A DNA stretch of 64,000 bases from Chiloscyllium plagiosum (Eukaryota). Positions 1 through 13,086 of this stretch are shown piece after piece; within the stretch, counting starts at the first letter, position 1, and the number at the start of each line of letters is the position of its first letter. The notes below the pieces were generated by a model. The model did not search any database, was not told the DNA's origin, and saw nothing but the letters and a program-made list of their open reading frames with translations. The stretch is taken from contig NC_057749.1 in the NCBI RefSeq assembly GCF_004010195.1, positions 17,377,778 to 17,441,777 on the forward strand, written 5' to 3'. The translations under genes and the position numbers were made by a program.

Positions 1-373
1 TGTTTTCATTGGAGAATAGAAGGTTTAGGGGTGACTTGATAGAGGTGTATAAGATGATTAGGGGTTTAGATAGGGTTGACCGTGAGAACCTTTTTCCACG
101 TATGGAGTCAGCTGTTACGAGGGGGCATAGCTTTACATTAAGGGGTGGTAGGTATAGGACAGATGTTAGGGGTAAGTTCTTTTCTCAGCGAGTCGTGAGT
201 TCATGGAATGCCCTGGCAGTAGCAGTGGTGGTCTCTCCCTCTTTATGGGCATTTAAGCGGGCATTGGATAGGCATATGGAGGATAGTGGGCTAGTGTAGG
301 TTAGGTGGGCTTGGATCGGCGCAAATCGAGGGCCAAAGGGCCTGTACTGCGCTGTATTCTTCTATGTTCTATG
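1..373 (+). mobile_element. CR1 LINE 3' end
   Basis: ORF 9..299 has the CR1 ORF2 C-terminus (RRFRGDLIEVYKMIRGLD...FFSQRVVSSWNAL), followed by a 3' UTR ending in TTCTATG-type repeats. Confidence 0.92.
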
Positions 374-1083
374 ATGAACTAATGCAAGATACTGGTTCAA
401 CCTCAGATGGAGTATTACGTACAGTTTTGAGTACCACAGCACAGAAAGGATATGATCGGGAGAAGGTGCAGAAGAGGTTTATGATTGTGATTTTAGGGAT
501 GAGACACTTCAGTTATGAGGAAAGATTGGAGATATTGGGGCTGTTTAAGGAGAAGACTAAGATTAACCCAATATAAAAGTTTTCAAAATCATAAAGATTC
601 TGAATACAGTGAGTAGAGGGAAACTGTTTCCATTTGTAAACTGAGAATTAGAAGGCTGTGTTTTAAAGTGTTTTTTGAGAAGAAAATGTGAAGAGATAAA
701 GAAACTTGCACCTAGCAAGCAGTCAGGGTAGGAATGCTCTTCCTGGAAGTGATGAAAGGAGATTCCATTGAGAATTTCAAGAGGGCATTGGCTGATTTCT
801 AAATAGAAAATGTATGCAGGACACTGGTAAAGGCAAGAGATTGGCACCGTTGAAATGCTCAGTGCAATTGCAAATAAGATGAGCTTCTTGGCCTCTTGCT
901 AAACTGCATCAATCCTGTGATTCTTTGCTCCTTTGTCAGAATTTTACTGTAGTGGCAATGGACCTCCACTTAAACTCTGAACTGAGGAGAAGAGAACAAA
1001 TAGTTTCCTTGCAACTAATCATACAGTTTATCCCTGTTGGAAAGTGAATGTCAGTGCTGGACTTAATTAGAATGCCTTCCACT

Positions 1084-1370
1084 GGGCGGCACGGTAGCTC
1101 AGTGTTAGCACTGCTGCCTCACAGCATCAGGGTCCCAGGTTCAATTCCCGCCTCGGGCGACTGTCTGTGTGAAGTTTGCACATTCTCTCCGTGTCTGTGT
1201 GGGTTTCCTCCGGGTGCTCCGGTTTCCTCCCACAGTCCAAAGATGTGCAGGTCAGGTGAATTGGTCATGCTAAATTGCCCATAGTGATAGGTGCATTAGT
1301 CAGGGGGAAATGGGTCAGTGTGGACTGGTTGGGCCGAAGGGCCTGTTTCCACACTGTAGGGAATCTAATC
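1084..1370 (+). mobile_element. tRNA-derived V-SINE (HE1-like) with CR1-type tail
   Basis: A-box-like TAGCTCAGTG, B-box GGTTCAATTCC, V-domain-like GTGGGTTTCCTCCGGGTGCTCCGGTTTCCTCCCACAGTCCAAAGATGTGC. Tail GGGCCGAAGGGCCTGTTTCC is shared with CR1 3' ends. Confidence 0.88.
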
Positions 1371-1705
1371 ACTGTTAAAACACTTTGCCAATTCTCTTAT
1401 TGAGAGTTCAGAAATGAAAAATGGCCACTTGGACAGGGAACTAGAGAAGTGCCAGTGGCAATTGTTGGCCAACAAGGCTTTTTGCACGCAGGAGCAGAAA
1501 GTGGGAAGAAAATGTGATATTAGGTTTTGATATAAATGTTCTGAAATAGCAAATGTATTTGCCTTTCGCAATCTGTTTGATTTCAGAGCAAGTATTTTAC
1601 TGCAGAGTGCAGAATGTCAACACTTTACTCTTCCCATACCACCATTTCTCCCATAATTCTGTTAATGAATCATTCACTAGCAGGTATAAATTTGCATTTA
1701 CCTCT

Positions 1706-2252
1706 TGTGGATGTCAGTTTGCTTGCTGAGCTGGATGTTTCGCATCATACTAGGTAACATCAGTGAGCCTCCGGTGAAGCACTGGTGTATGGCCCACTTT
1801 TTATTTGTGTTGAGGTTTCCTTGGGTTGGTGATGTCATTTTGTGTTCTTTTTCTCGGGGTGGTAAATGTGATCCAAGTCAATGTGTTTGTTGGTAGATTT
1901 CCAGTTGGAGTGCCATGCTTCTAGGAATTCTTGTCTCTGTTTGGCTTGTTCTAGGATGGATGTGTTGTCCCCAGTTGAAGTGGTTTCCTTTCTCATCTGT
2001 ATGTAAAGGTACTAGTGAGAGTGGGTCATGTCTTTTTGTGTCTTGTTGATGTTGATGTTGATGTTCAAGTATCCTGGTGGCTAGTTTTCTGCCTGTTTGT
2101 CCAATGTAGTGTTTGTTACAGTTCTTGCATGGTATTTTGTAAATGACATTAGTTTTGCTTGTTGTCTGTATAGGGTCTTGCAAGTTCATTCGCTGCTGTT
2201 TTAGTATGTTGGTGGGTTTGTGGGCTACCATGATGCCAAGAAGTCTGAGTGG
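1706..2252 (-). mobile_element. Penelope-like element 3' fragment (GIY-YIG endonuclease plus terminal repeat)
   Basis: ORF 1878..2231: NVIYKIPCKNCNKHYIGQTGRKLATRILEH. Damaged hammerhead at about 1731-1768. Confidence 0.88.
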
Positions 2253-3903
2253 TTCTCTGCATTATACTGGATTATCGATGCTTTGATTTTTCTGTTGCGT
2301 TCTGTATCTCATTCCTCTGTATTTGTTCACTTACTAACACTTACTAATGTACAGCAATGCAAATAACAACAAGAACTCTTGTAATAATGGAGTAATAAAG
2401 TGAGCAGTGATTCACCATACTCAATCCCAGTTTTAATTTTTAGTAGTTATTTAAGCAGCTGCCAGGTGACTATGTCCTGCAGTAGTTTGTGTGGTTCTTT
2501 TTTAGATGTGCAGAATAAATATTGATTGTCTTTGGGATATGTGGTTGCAATTTTAACCTGAAACCATTGAAGAGGAACTTTCATTGCTGGTGACAACTGA
2601 AAACCCAGAAAGTTGTTTTTATTTGTTTTCTTCAGGGCCAGGAGAATCAGTCATGCCACCTTGGCCCTAAATTGTGCTGTTTCCCCAAACCCATGAAGTC
2701 TGTCTGGCCCCTTCTATCTAATTACCTGACCGCCAATACCATTTTCTTTGGTTTGATAAAATACAAACTTTAGGAATATTGAACAAGTATGGCAGAATCT
2801 GTGAAAAAAGAAACAGTTAATGTTCCTGGTCTACGGACTTTCAGTATTCTTTTGGGTTCCTTGTGGCGGCCTCCTGTTGGATAAAATCCCACTCCTATTT
2901 GGCGCCCACCTTGCATTTTCCACTGGATTCAGGAAAAAGACTGAGAGGACTCATGCAGTTAAGTACTGGGGTTTAAAATCACTGCGGCGGGTCAAGAGAT
3001 ACTTTCCATCTGCTATGGCCTCTGTCCAAAAGGCTCTCATAGTGCAAATTGCATTTAATATTTTTCTTTTTACAGCTGATACACTCTTCAGGGTTAGAAT
3101 TGCAAAATTATTCCACTGCAGAAGGGGTTTATTCAGTCCATTGTGTCTGTACAGGCTCTCTGAATGAACATCATGCTTTAGGGTCATTCTCCTGTCTTTT
3201 GCCCTTAACCCTGCACAATATTTATATTTAAATAGTCACCTAATGCCCTCTTGAATGCCTCAATTGAAACACACTTTAAGGCAATAAATTTCGGACCCAA
3301 GCCACTTGCTGTCTGGAAAGGTTTTTATTTTTGTATCACATGTACTCCTTTTACAAATTGCTTCAGATCTGTGCCCTTTCATTCTTAATCCTTTTATGAA
3401 TGGCAACAGTTTTTCTTTGTTTGACCTGTCATGTTTGAAAACTTTAATCAGTTAATTTTGTCTTTCCCCTATTGAAGAAAAACAGTCCCAATTTTTCTAA
3501 TTCACCGTCACAGTTGAAGTTTCTCATCTCTACAGCCTTTCGAATCAACCTCTTCTGCACTCTCTCCTTCCTAAAGTGTGGCACCCAGAATTGTACACAG
3601 TTCATCTGAGATGCAAATAGTGTGTTATGAAGATTCACCACAATCACTCTGCTGTGGTCCTGTGACCCCATTAGTAGACAATTAAGACACTGTACTGTCT
3701 GTATCAAGGGTGCTCTGAGTATATGGTCTCTTAGACTGCTTCTTTTTTGTGACTTTGTCAAAACAGATGACATTTACACTGTGAAATTTGGCGATGATTA
3801 TCATTAGTGTTATTAAAAAAATACAGTGTTTAGTGATACTGACTACTTGCTGACTAAAATGGAATGTGCTTGCTTCATAACACTTACTGTGTTCTTTCAC
3901 TAG

Positions 3904-3943
3904 GAGGAATAAGAACTCCAAAACCAAACTTGTTCTACCAAAG
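3904..3943 (+). CDS. MYO9A: Myosin IXa coding exon, loop-2 insertion of the motor domain (RNKNSKTKLVLPK)
   Basis: tag|G...AAG|gtaaga, 40 nt, phase 2 to 0. The peptide resembles the vertebrate MYO9A loop-2 segment RNKNFKSKPALPK (recalled) and joins in frame to the exon at 9161. Confidence 0.85.
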
Positions 3944-4327
3944 GTAAGAATGTGAATTTTGTTTTTCTATCGCTCTCTGAGAGAGGTGAATTAGCCCTTT
4001 GTCTTCAGGGCAAAATTATATGGTGTGCTACCGAATACTCATTGTGTTTTGTGCAAATGTCTTTGGTTGTAATGTGGTGATTCAAGTGACCTTATATTTT
4101 AAATTGAGCAATATGATGCTTTACTGCAATTTTTCATGTTACTTTTTCCTTTCACTCTTCCTGTCTTTTATGGGTTACAGTGAAGGCACTATCACTCATA
4201 CTGCAACCAAATATTTATTTGTCAACCCATAAAACCACATTTCATTAAGCTAAACTAAAAGCCATTCAACACTCAAATGTGTTCTGTCTTTCAATGATAT
4301 CATAGTTGCTCAGTATCACAGGTATAA

Positions 4328-4860
4328 CAAAACTGGAGATGCTGTAAGTCTGAAACAAATGGTCACAGAAATTGCAAGAGAACCTTCCTTTGTCTAGTAG
4401 CATCTTTGGCGAGAAAACTGAATTCACATTTTTACTCCTGTGACCCTACTTCAGAACTATAAGCAGCTAAGAAAGATAGTTAATTTCACTATGTGGGAGA
4501 AGGAATGAGCAGATAAGTGGATAGGGAGTCCAGAGAGAGAGGCAAAAAGATTGTTGACAATAGGTCAGGGAAAAAGAGAAGCTCAGTAGGCTATAATGGA
4601 GGCTATGAATTGAAAATGGTAGTACTTGGCATAATGGAGGTAGATAAAAGATAAGGAAGCAGTTGGCCATACGCTACAATTGTTAAACTTGTTGTTGAGA
4701 CCTGAAGCCAAAAGGTGCCCATGTAGAAAATGAGGTGGCGTTCTTCTAGTTTGCATTGAACCTTGCTGGAACACTGCAACAGGCCTGAGACAGAAGTGTT
4801 GACATGGAACAAGATAGTGGCAGACAACTGGCAGCTCGGGGTCATTTTTACAGGCAGAAC
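4328..4860 (-). mobile_element. Old Penelope-like (Neptune-type) remnant
   Basis: KLEERHLIF..GT peptide resembles LEEECLIFCHGTLQPHGIN at 62606..62905. Terminal repeat resembles 15665-15800, with a decayed hammerhead at about 4420-4458. Confidence 0.6.
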
Positions 4861-5639
4861 CCTTGGGCTGGATGGCTCTTTCTGTGTCATTTATGCTTGT
4901 ACCAGCACAAAGAGAGCTGGAATCTAATCTAATCCCACTTAACCTACAGGACTGCAGACCAGAAATTTAAGACGTTATCCAGGTATGAGGAGAGTTGCTG
5001 TCTCTACCACTTTTTTTAGAGTGTGATCCTGAAATGTTTTGGTGAAAAGATTCTCCACGTCCTCTTGCCAGTTACTTTAAATCAAAGCCTTTGGGCTGTT
5101 GACCTCTCTGCTAATCTAGAAGTTTTCGGCCCTGGCAGCAATCTTGTAAAATGCTTCTGTTATTTTCCTAGTGCAATCATATTTTTCATGTAACATGATG
5201 ATCAGAAATATGCACAGTACTCTAGCTGTGGTTTAACTCATGTTTTGTACAATCCAAGCATAAGATCCCTGCTGTTTTATTATATATCTCAGCCTGTGAG
5301 ACGTATCCTCTGTTTGTTTCCTTAATCTGGAAGACCAGACCAGTAGGTATATAAGAACACCATCACCTGAAAGATCCTCTCCAAGTACATGCTATCTCTA
5401 GATGGGTAAAAATCCTGGAGCTTGCTTCCTAAAATGACTGTACCATTTGACCTTTAGTTTAAAACAAGAGGTCCTTTTTTTAAAATAATAAATTAGAACT
5501 GATTTCAATCTGGACCAAGTTAATAGAAATGGAGAAATTGCAGCATTAAGGAAGCAAACAATGAATTGGTGAAATGGATGAATGCACGGTTGGTTGGGCC
5601 TGATAAGGTGGTCCTTTCCTTTTTAGCTTAGTTACCAAC

Positions 5640-6900
5640 AATAGAAGTTTTCTGGCTTGCTGTTGAGTGGAAATTCCCAGACTTGCCAGCAGTTATTTGC
5701 AATGTATTTTAGTGACTTGGATGAGAGAAGCAATTGTATTTTTGCCAAGTTTGCAGATAACACAAAAATAGGTCAGGAGTCAAGTGGGAGGATGACAAAA
5801 AGAATCTGCAGGTTGTGTGCAGGGAAAAATTTGTAAGATAGAATATAATGTATAAAGTGTGAGATTATGCACTTTGATAGGAAGAATGAGAAATTGAATA
5901 TTATTTAAATGGAAAATGCTGCAGCACAGAGATTTGGGAGTCCTTGGCCACTTTCAAAGGGAATTAAGCTAACCAAAGTAGGCAAATATTGCTAAAACTA
6001 CACAAAACATCAAGAAAATTGTGAATAGTTTTAGGCCTTTTATATAAGACCGATGGATAGTTTCTACTATGTTAGAGGTCAGAAGGACTAGTTTGATTCC
6101 AGACATGGAAGGATTTTTTTTGAATAGGTAAGAATGTTAATGTGTTGAAAGTTCAGAGTGGTTTACAGGACTAATAACTGGAATGGGCAGTTTGCCTTAT
6201 GAGGAAAGGTTGGGCAGGTAAGGCCCTTATCTCTGGAGCTTTAAATGGTGAGAGGAGATTTAATTAAAACGTATAAGATCCTGAGAGGACTTGGCTGGAT
6301 GGATGTGGAAAGGATGGTTCCTGTTGCGGGAAAATCTAGCATTAGAGATCATAAGTTGAAAGTAAGGAGTCACTCATTTGAGACAGAGATAAGAAAATAT
6401 TCTATCTCTATGGTTCAGAGTCTTGGAATTCCATTCATCAAAAGGCAGTGAATGCAAGGTCTTTAAGTATTATCAAGGCAATTCTTAACTACCAAGAAAG
6501 TCATTAGGGTGCAGGAGTGTGGAGTTGAGGTTAAAAATCAGGTCAGCCGTGATCGTGTTGATTAGAACTCTTGTTTCAAATTTCTTGTTCGTGTGTTAGG
6601 TTGGGCATGTGTGGAAAAATGAGAGATGACCTTATTAAATTATACAAGATTTTGATGAGGCTTGACAGGGTAGATGTGAAGAAGTTGTTTCCCTTTCTAG
6701 TAGAATCTAGATCTGGGAGCATAATCTCAGTGAGGGATTGCTGAGAAGTTCTTTTCTGCGTGTAGTTCTTCTGTGGAACTCTTTACTGCAGTGTGCTGTA
6801 GAGTGGGTTGTTTTAATATATTCAAGTCTGAGGTAGATTTTTAATCAGTTTTTTAAAAAATCAAGGGTTAAGGGGATAAAGCAAGAAATTGGTGTTGAGG
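5640..6900 (+). mobile_element. Degraded CR1 LINE fragments (continuing at 7592-7685)
   Basis: KFADNTK-like remnant near 5750; ORF 6245..6451 RGDLIKTYKILRGL. Confidence 0.75.
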
Positions 6901-7591
6901 TTTATGTGTAGATTTGCTCGCTGAGCTATAAGTTTGATATCCAGACGTTCATTACCTGGCTAGGTAACATTATCAGTGGCGACCTCCAAGTGAAGCGAAG
7001 CTGTTGTCTCCTGCTTTCTATTTATATCTTTCTCCTGGTTGGGGTTCCTGGGTTTTGTGGTGATGTCGTTTCCTGTTCATTTTCTGAGGGGTTGATAGAT
7101 GGCATCTAGATCTGTGTGTTTGTTTATGGCGTTGTGGTTGGAGTGCCAGGCCTCTAGGAATTCTCTGGCATCTCTGCGCAGCCTGACCCAGGATAGATAT
7201 GTTGTCCGAGTCGAAATGGTGGTTTTTTAAATCCGTGTGTAGGGCTACGAGGGAGAGAGGGTCGTGTCTTTTTGTGGCTAGCTGATGGTGTATCCTGGTG
7301 GCTAACTTTCTTCCTGTTTGTCCTACGTAGTCTTTGTGGCAGTCCTTGCATGGAATTTTGTAGGTGACGTTGGTTTTGTCCATGGGTTGTACTGAGTCTT
7401 TTAAGTTTGTTAGTTTTTGTTTGAGAGTGTTGGTGAGTTTGTGTGCTACTAGGATTCCGAGGGGCCTTAGTAGTCTGGCTGTCATTTCTGAAACTTCTTT
7501 GATGTGTGGTAAGGTGGTTAGGGTTTCTGGCTGTGTTTGGTCTGCTTGTCGTGGTTCTTGAGGAATCTGCGCACTGTATTTTTTGAGTATC
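6901..7591 (-). mobile_element. 5'-truncated Penelope-like element inserted into a CR1 3' end
   Basis: ORF 7018..7593 has the GIY-YIG segment YKIPCKDCHKDYVGQTGRKL. 13-bp direct repeat ATTGGTGTTGAGG at 6888-6900 and 7592-7604. Decayed hammerhead at 6941-6979. Confidence 0.9.
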
Positions 7592-7942
7592 ATTGGTGTT
7601 GAGGATTAGCAGATCAGCCATGATCTCATTGGATGACAGACCAGATCCATTGGATCGAATCGCCTACTTCTGCTCGTAGCTCTTACAGTCAATCTGTGTC
7701 TATGTTACTCAAATAGACTTGAATGAAAACCTTACAATGGAAACTAGGCAAATCAGTAATTATATTAGATATAATGAGTGATATACAAATTATCACTTTC
7801 GGGTATGTCCGATGACTTCTGTAAGAACATTGGAGGGAATCAAAGCAGCTTTGATCCAGTAATATGAGCATGCAGGTAAATTGCAATTGTACTGTTTGAA
7901 ATTTTGAGCAACGACTAGAGAAACTAGAGCTCTTTACATAAC

Positions 7943-8152
7943 AGCTGAAAATGTGTTGCTGGAAAAGCGCAGCAGGTCAGGCAGCATCCAAGGAGCAGGA
8001 GAATCGACATTACGAGCATGAGCCCTTCTTCAGGAGCCCTTCATGCCCGAAACGTCGATTCTCCTGCTCCTTGGATGCTGCCTGACCTGCTGTGCTTTTC
8101 CAGCAACACATTTTCAGCTCTGATCTCCAGCATCTGCAGTCCTCACTTTCTC
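7943..8152. mobile_element. Fold-back insertion of two inverted PLE terminal repeats
   Basis: About 7943-8020 is the reverse complement of about 8042-8119. Flanked by CTCTTTACAT(A/G)ACAG at 7930-7944 and 8153-8167. Confidence 0.88.
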
Positions 8153-8289
8153 CTCTTTACATGACAGTACAGAATGTTGAGGGGAGATCTCTGAGGGTTC
8201 ACAATGAGATATTAGTTAAAAAGGAAACTTTTTTAAAAATAACATCAATTACTATCTCTATGATGTGAATTTAAGGTCATGAGGTGGTC

Positions 8290-8766
8290 TCCCTCCTATA
8301 GGAAGAATGTTATGAAATATGGAAGGGTTCAGAAAACATTTACAAGGATGTTGCCAGGTTTGGAGAGTTTGAGCTAAAGGAGCTGTTTTCCCTGGGGAAT
8401 CTGAGGCGAAGGAGTGACCTTATACAGGTTTATAAAATCATGAGGAGCATGGAGGGTAAACAGACAAGGAGTTCAGAACTGGAGGGCATAGGTTTAGAAT
8501 GAGATGTGCAAAATTTAAAAGAAACCTAGGGGGCTACTTTTTCATGCAGAGGGTGGTGTGTGTATGGAATGAGCTGCCAGAGGAAGTAGTGGAGGAGGGA
8601 CAATTACAACATTTGAAAGGCATCTGGATGGGTATATGAAAAGGAAGGGTTTAGAGGGGTATGGGCCAAATGCTGGCAAATGGGACTAGAATAACTTAGG
8701 ATATGGGGTTGGCACGGATGAGTTGGACTGAAGGGTCTGTGTCTGTGCTGTACATCTCTATGACTC
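8290..8766 (+). mobile_element. CR1 LINE 3' fragment
   Basis: Same subfamily as 51300-51787 and 23392-24125; ends CTGTACATCTCTATGACTCT. Confidence 0.88.
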
Positions 8767-9160
8767 TTCATTTAATGATTCAAATTGTTAGAACTTGCAA
8801 TGTTCTATCAGAGGCAATAGTGGAAGCAGAATCAATAATACCTCGTAAAAGGATAATAAATATGTGTGAAAAATAAGCATTTGACCTTTAATTCTGATGA
8901 AGAGTCAGTGCTGAAAAAAGGTTTAGCCCATCTGCTCTATTCGCAGAGCGTGGACTGCTCTAATTATTTCCAGCATTTCTAATGCTAGCAACTTTCCTTT
9001 TTCCATGTTAGTTGAATAGATATGTAGAATGTATAACTCCTTGTCTGACCTTTCTTATTGTAATTCTTCTCCTTATTTTAATACTTATACAAATGTAAAC
9101 ATTCTGAGCAAAGCTTTTAACTGATGGAATATTGTGACCTTGTTTATCTTGACCTTCTAG

Positions 9161-9283
9161 CACTTATTAGATGTGAAGTCGCTGAAGTACCTGATGGGCC
9201 TGACATTTCATGACCGTATTACCAAGTCTTTGCTTCATTTGCACAAAAAGAAAAAGCCACCCAGCATTAGTGCCCAATTTCAG
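9161..9283 (+). CDS. MYO9A: Myosin IXa coding exon ([41 protein letters not shown]), end of loop 2
   Basis: ctag|CAC...CAG|gtaaat, 123 nt, open frame. [24 protein letters not shown] is a class IX myosin signature. Confidence 0.96.
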
Positions 9284-10140
9284 GTAAATACGTGATACAA
9301 GTGACCAGTTCTCCCATTTTACTGACTTTCTACCTTGAACTGTATGTAGCATGTTGAATATTAATCCGTAGTTTCAATGCCAGTGTTGGTTGTATGGTAG
9401 CCAGTAGCCTGATGAGTTCTGAAAGATTTTGAATGTTTAAAATTGTTTTTTTTGTGGGGGGCTATCTGTTAGCTGTTAATTGGCTGAAAGTGTGGGTTGT
9501 TCATCTCTAAAGAATTTCATTTTCTTCGTTACCAAACTTGACCATCATAAAATTAAACATGCAACTTGAATATGAGAATGTAAAGATTCCAAGAATGAGA
9601 AAAGATCATAGATTAATTGAAACTTGTTCCTCAAGTACCTTAGATTGCTGTATATTGAAGAACTGCAATTATTTGGCAGCTTGCCATAAAAATATCTAAA
9701 TTTGACATGATTTAGATCCTTATTAAATTGCAAGTTTGAATCAGTTGTTCAAAGAAATGATTATCACAGTCTTGCCCTATAAACACTGCCTCACAAAGAC
9801 GACTCATTTCTTCTAATTTTCACTTGCATGGTCAGTTGTCTCCTAATGTGCTACATAAATTATTGTATGAGATGATCATTAAATAAATTCCTTCTTTCTC
9901 ATAGCATGGGTATTGTTCCACAGTCATTGCTATGTTGATTTTAATGTGTACAAATAACAGCCATGTTTATAACAAGTGAACATTGGAATTGAGGATAAAA
10001 GCAGCTTGAAATTATTGTAATTGTGAATTTTACACAACATGACAAAATAAAATACTGTGTGTTAATGAGTTTTGAGAAGACTTATAGCTCAGGTTGCGGT
10101 TCTGGATGTAGGTTTGCTCGCTGAGCTGGAAGGTTCATTT

Positions 10141-10181
10141 CCAGACGTTTCATCACCCTACTGGATAACATCTTCAGTTGG
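10141..10181 (-). ncRNA. Hammerhead ribozyme motif (core intact, weak stem I)
   Basis: Reverse complement reads ccaa-CUGAAGA-U-GUUAUCC[agua]GGGUGAU-GAAAC-GUC-ugg. Confidence 0.75.
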
Positions 10182-10657
10182 CCTCCGGGCGAAGCACTAT
10201 TGATAATTCCTGCTTTCTATTTACATGTTTGGATTTCTTTGGGTTGGTAATGTCACTTCCTGTGGCGATGTCACTTCCTGTGGCAGTGTCATTTCCTGTT
10301 CTTTTTCTCAGGGGTGGTAGTTGGGGCCTAACCCGATGTGTTTGTTGATAGAGTTCTTGCCATGCTTCTAGGAATTCTCGTACGTGTACACACAGATGAG
10401 GAAGGACACCATGTCGACTGGGACAACACATCCATCCTAGGATAAGCCAAACAGAGACACGCACGAGAATTCCTAGAAGCATGGCATTCCAACCGGAACT
10501 CTATCAACAAACACATCAAGTTAGACCCCATCTACCACTCTCTGAGAAATGACATCACCAGCCCATCTAACACTCACAGGAAATGACATCACCAGCCCAA
10601 AGAAACCCAAACATACAAATGGAAAGCAGGAATTATCAACAGTGCTTCGCCCGGAGG

Positions 10658-10698
10658 CCCACTGAAGATGTTACCTAATAGGATGACGAAACATCTGG
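10658..10698 (+). ncRNA. Hammerhead ribozyme motif (partly decayed)
   Basis: cca-CUGAAGA-U-GUUACCU[aau]AGGAUGAC-GAAAC-AUC-ugg. The stem III palindrome is broken (ACGU to ACAU). Confidence 0.7.
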
Positions 10699-10939
10699 AA
10701 ATGAACTTTCCAGCTCAGCGAGCAAACCTACATCCAGACTGTAGGTTAATCTCTGAGCAGCTTAGACTCTGAAAATGATATACCAAATGTGATAAGAGAG
10801 TAAATGGTACAATAAAGTTGAATATATAATCTGAATTTACCCCTGAGAGCAAGAAGAATCTTTCAGAAGTTTCTCTTAGGAAATAAAAATAAGTTGAAGG
10901 ATTTTTAAATAGATCGTGCAGCTCCAAGAAACACAGAAC

Positions 10940-11335
10940 ATGTATTTATGTATCTTTTTTTCATCTCCCGAGCACATTGTAAAGCACTACATTGCTAATA
11001 CAGTAATTTTGATGTGTACTCATGTTTGTGATCCCACAAGCAACAGTTCATTCTATGAGCCGTTAACCTGTTTTAATATTGGTGGAGTGATAACTGGTCA
11101 TCAAGACTGGGGAGAAAATACCTCCTGTTGCATGTTGAAATTATGCCATTAGATCTTCTACTCCTCCTGAGATGCAGACAGGAGCTTTGACACCTTGTCT
11201 GAAAGATGATACCTTTGATACTGCAACACTCTTGGGACTGCACAGGAATGTCTACTTAGATAGTCTTCTGATTCTAAATTTCGGCTTGAAATCACAATCT
11301 TTTGATTGAAAGGTGGGAGTCCAGCCACTTAGCTA
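10940..11335 (-). mobile_element. Old Deu-domain SINE (SacSINE1/AmnSINE-related)
   Basis: Collinear similarity by eye to the recalled Deu-domain consensus (ATCCCACAA...GGGGAGAA...TGCCAT..GATCTT...CCTGAGA.GCAGAC...GAAAGA...TGCA.CACTC...ACTGCAC). Confidence 0.65.
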
Positions 11336-11584
11336 AATATGGTATTTAAAATACACTAGATGGAGAATAAAAGAAAGCTAATTATTTGAAAATCAAATAG
11401 ACATTTTGAGGGAATATTGTTGAATCAATTTCTCACCTAAAATAATTCACTGAACAAGTGGGATTTTTATGACTTTTTCTGAGTTTTTAAGGTGTGTTGC
11501 ATTTTCTAATCTCGGGTGCTTTTGACCTTGGTCCATTCATTCCAGGCACTGCAGTAGTTTACCTTTGTTTTTTCCTTTATGCAG

Positions 11585-11665
11585 GCTTCTCTAAATAAAC
11601 TGATGGAGACTCTGGGACAGGCAGAGCCCTACTTTGTCAAATGTATTCGATCAAATGCAGAAAAG
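11585..11665 (+). CDS. MYO9A: Myosin IXa coding exon, motor domain ([27 protein letters not shown])
   Basis: gcag|GCT...AAG|gtagct, 81 nt. Carries the myosin LxxLMxTL...PxFVxCIxxN motif. Confidence 0.97.
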
Positions 11666-12184
11666 GTAGCTATGCTTGGAAATTTAATAAGTTGATAAAT
11701 TAAAATAATGTAAGGCCAATAGCATTTGCTTTACTTGCATGAATAGAACAAACAGCCACTGAAACTTTATATGATGACTTTTAAGGATAAAGTGTTTTCT
11801 GAGTGAAGCTGATTTCACATTTAAATAATAACATGCTGAGTATGACATCATTTGTTGAATGAGGAAGGATAAGTCTGAATATATTTTAAGATGTCATGAT
11901 TTCGTAATAATCTATTTAAAATTTTGTCGACATTAGGGAGAAATTTTTGAGGGATATATAGAGGTCCTGAAAGGTACATTGAGAATTGACTTCAGCACAG
12001 TGGTGACATAGAGAAGAAGAGAAACATACACAAGTGTTTTTGGCTCTTGAGTGGGAAATTGTTTGGATCTTTGTCATAAAGTTAGCAATGCATTAGTTGT
12101 GGGAAGACAGGAGGGCAATTATAACAAATTTACGTTTAGAAGTAAGAGCAGTCTTCACTCAAGTATTTATTCTGTGTCAAAGAC

Positions 12185-13086
12185 CATAAAAAAGGGCAGA
12201 TGTAGGCTTTTCAGCTCATTGAACCCATTCTGCTTTCAGTGAGATTATGTCTAATCTGAAAATCCTTATCTCTTTGCTGACTTTGCCCCATTAGCCCTTG
12301 ATTTCCTTACTGACTTATAAAAAAAACTATCCCAGCTTTGAATGTAATTCATGACCCACAGCCCTCTGTTGTAAAGAATTACACAGATTCACTACCCTCT
12401 GAGAAAAGAAATTCCTCCTCACCTCTGTCTTAAATGGGCAACTTTTTAATCTGAGATCATACCCTCTTGTCCTGGGCTCTCCCACAAAGGGAATCAATCT
12501 TTCTGCATGTGTTCTGTCAAGTCCCCTGTGAATCTTGTATATTTCAATAAGACTGCCTCTCATTCATCTAACTAATGAGTACAGGCCAAACTATTCAATG
12601 GTTCCTCATAAAGACAGTCTCTCTATTCTCATGGTGAATATAATGGACCTTGTCAAGACTGCCTCCAATGTCTGTATAGAATTCTTTAGATAAAGGAACC
12701 AAACTTTTTCACAGTAATCCAGATGTGGTCTAACTAGTGCCTGTTTGCTATAATAAGATTTTCCTGTTTTTACACTCTATTCCCTTTGAACTAAAGGCCA
12801 GCATTCCATGTGCCCTCCCTATTGCCTGCTGAATTTGCATGCTTGCTTTTTGTGATTTATGTATCATGACTCCCTAATCTCACTGTCGTGTAGTTTTCAG
12901 AAGCTTTCTCCACTTGTATAATATTCAGGTCATACATTCTTGTCAAAGTGCATCATCTAGTGTTTTCCCACATTACATTCCAACTGCCATTTTTTGCCCA
13001 CTCATTTAGCCTCTATGTCCCTCTTCAGACTCTGGGTCATCCTTACCACTTACCTTCCCATCTCTCTTTGCATCATCTGCAAACTT
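12185..13086 (-). mobile_element. CR1 LINE 3' portion running into the gap
   Basis: ORF 12327..12563 MRGSLIEIYKIHRGLD...NFFSQRVVNL; KFADD remnant next to the gap. Confidence 0.85.

Larger units (their letters stand above)
10067..10739. mobile_element. Penelope-like element with inverted arms (minus 10067-10380, plus 10381-10739)
   Basis: Both arms carry the REFLEAW segment, terminal repeat and hammerhead. Imperfect flanking repeat CTGTGTGTTAAT / CTGTAGGTTAAT. Confidence 0.88.

Noticed and set aside
1084..1160. tRNA gene (also 31985-32057, 32076-32140, 55920-55990)
   Set aside because: A/B boxes run directly into SINE body and tail; these are SINE heads, not tRNA genes.
2636..2700. Exon after a strong polypyrimidine-AG
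   Set aside because: In-frame stop in the required phase and no good donor.
8891..8925. Functional hammerhead at CTGATGAAGAGTC...GAAA
   Set aside because: Stem II and stem III no longer pair; counted only as a decayed remnant.
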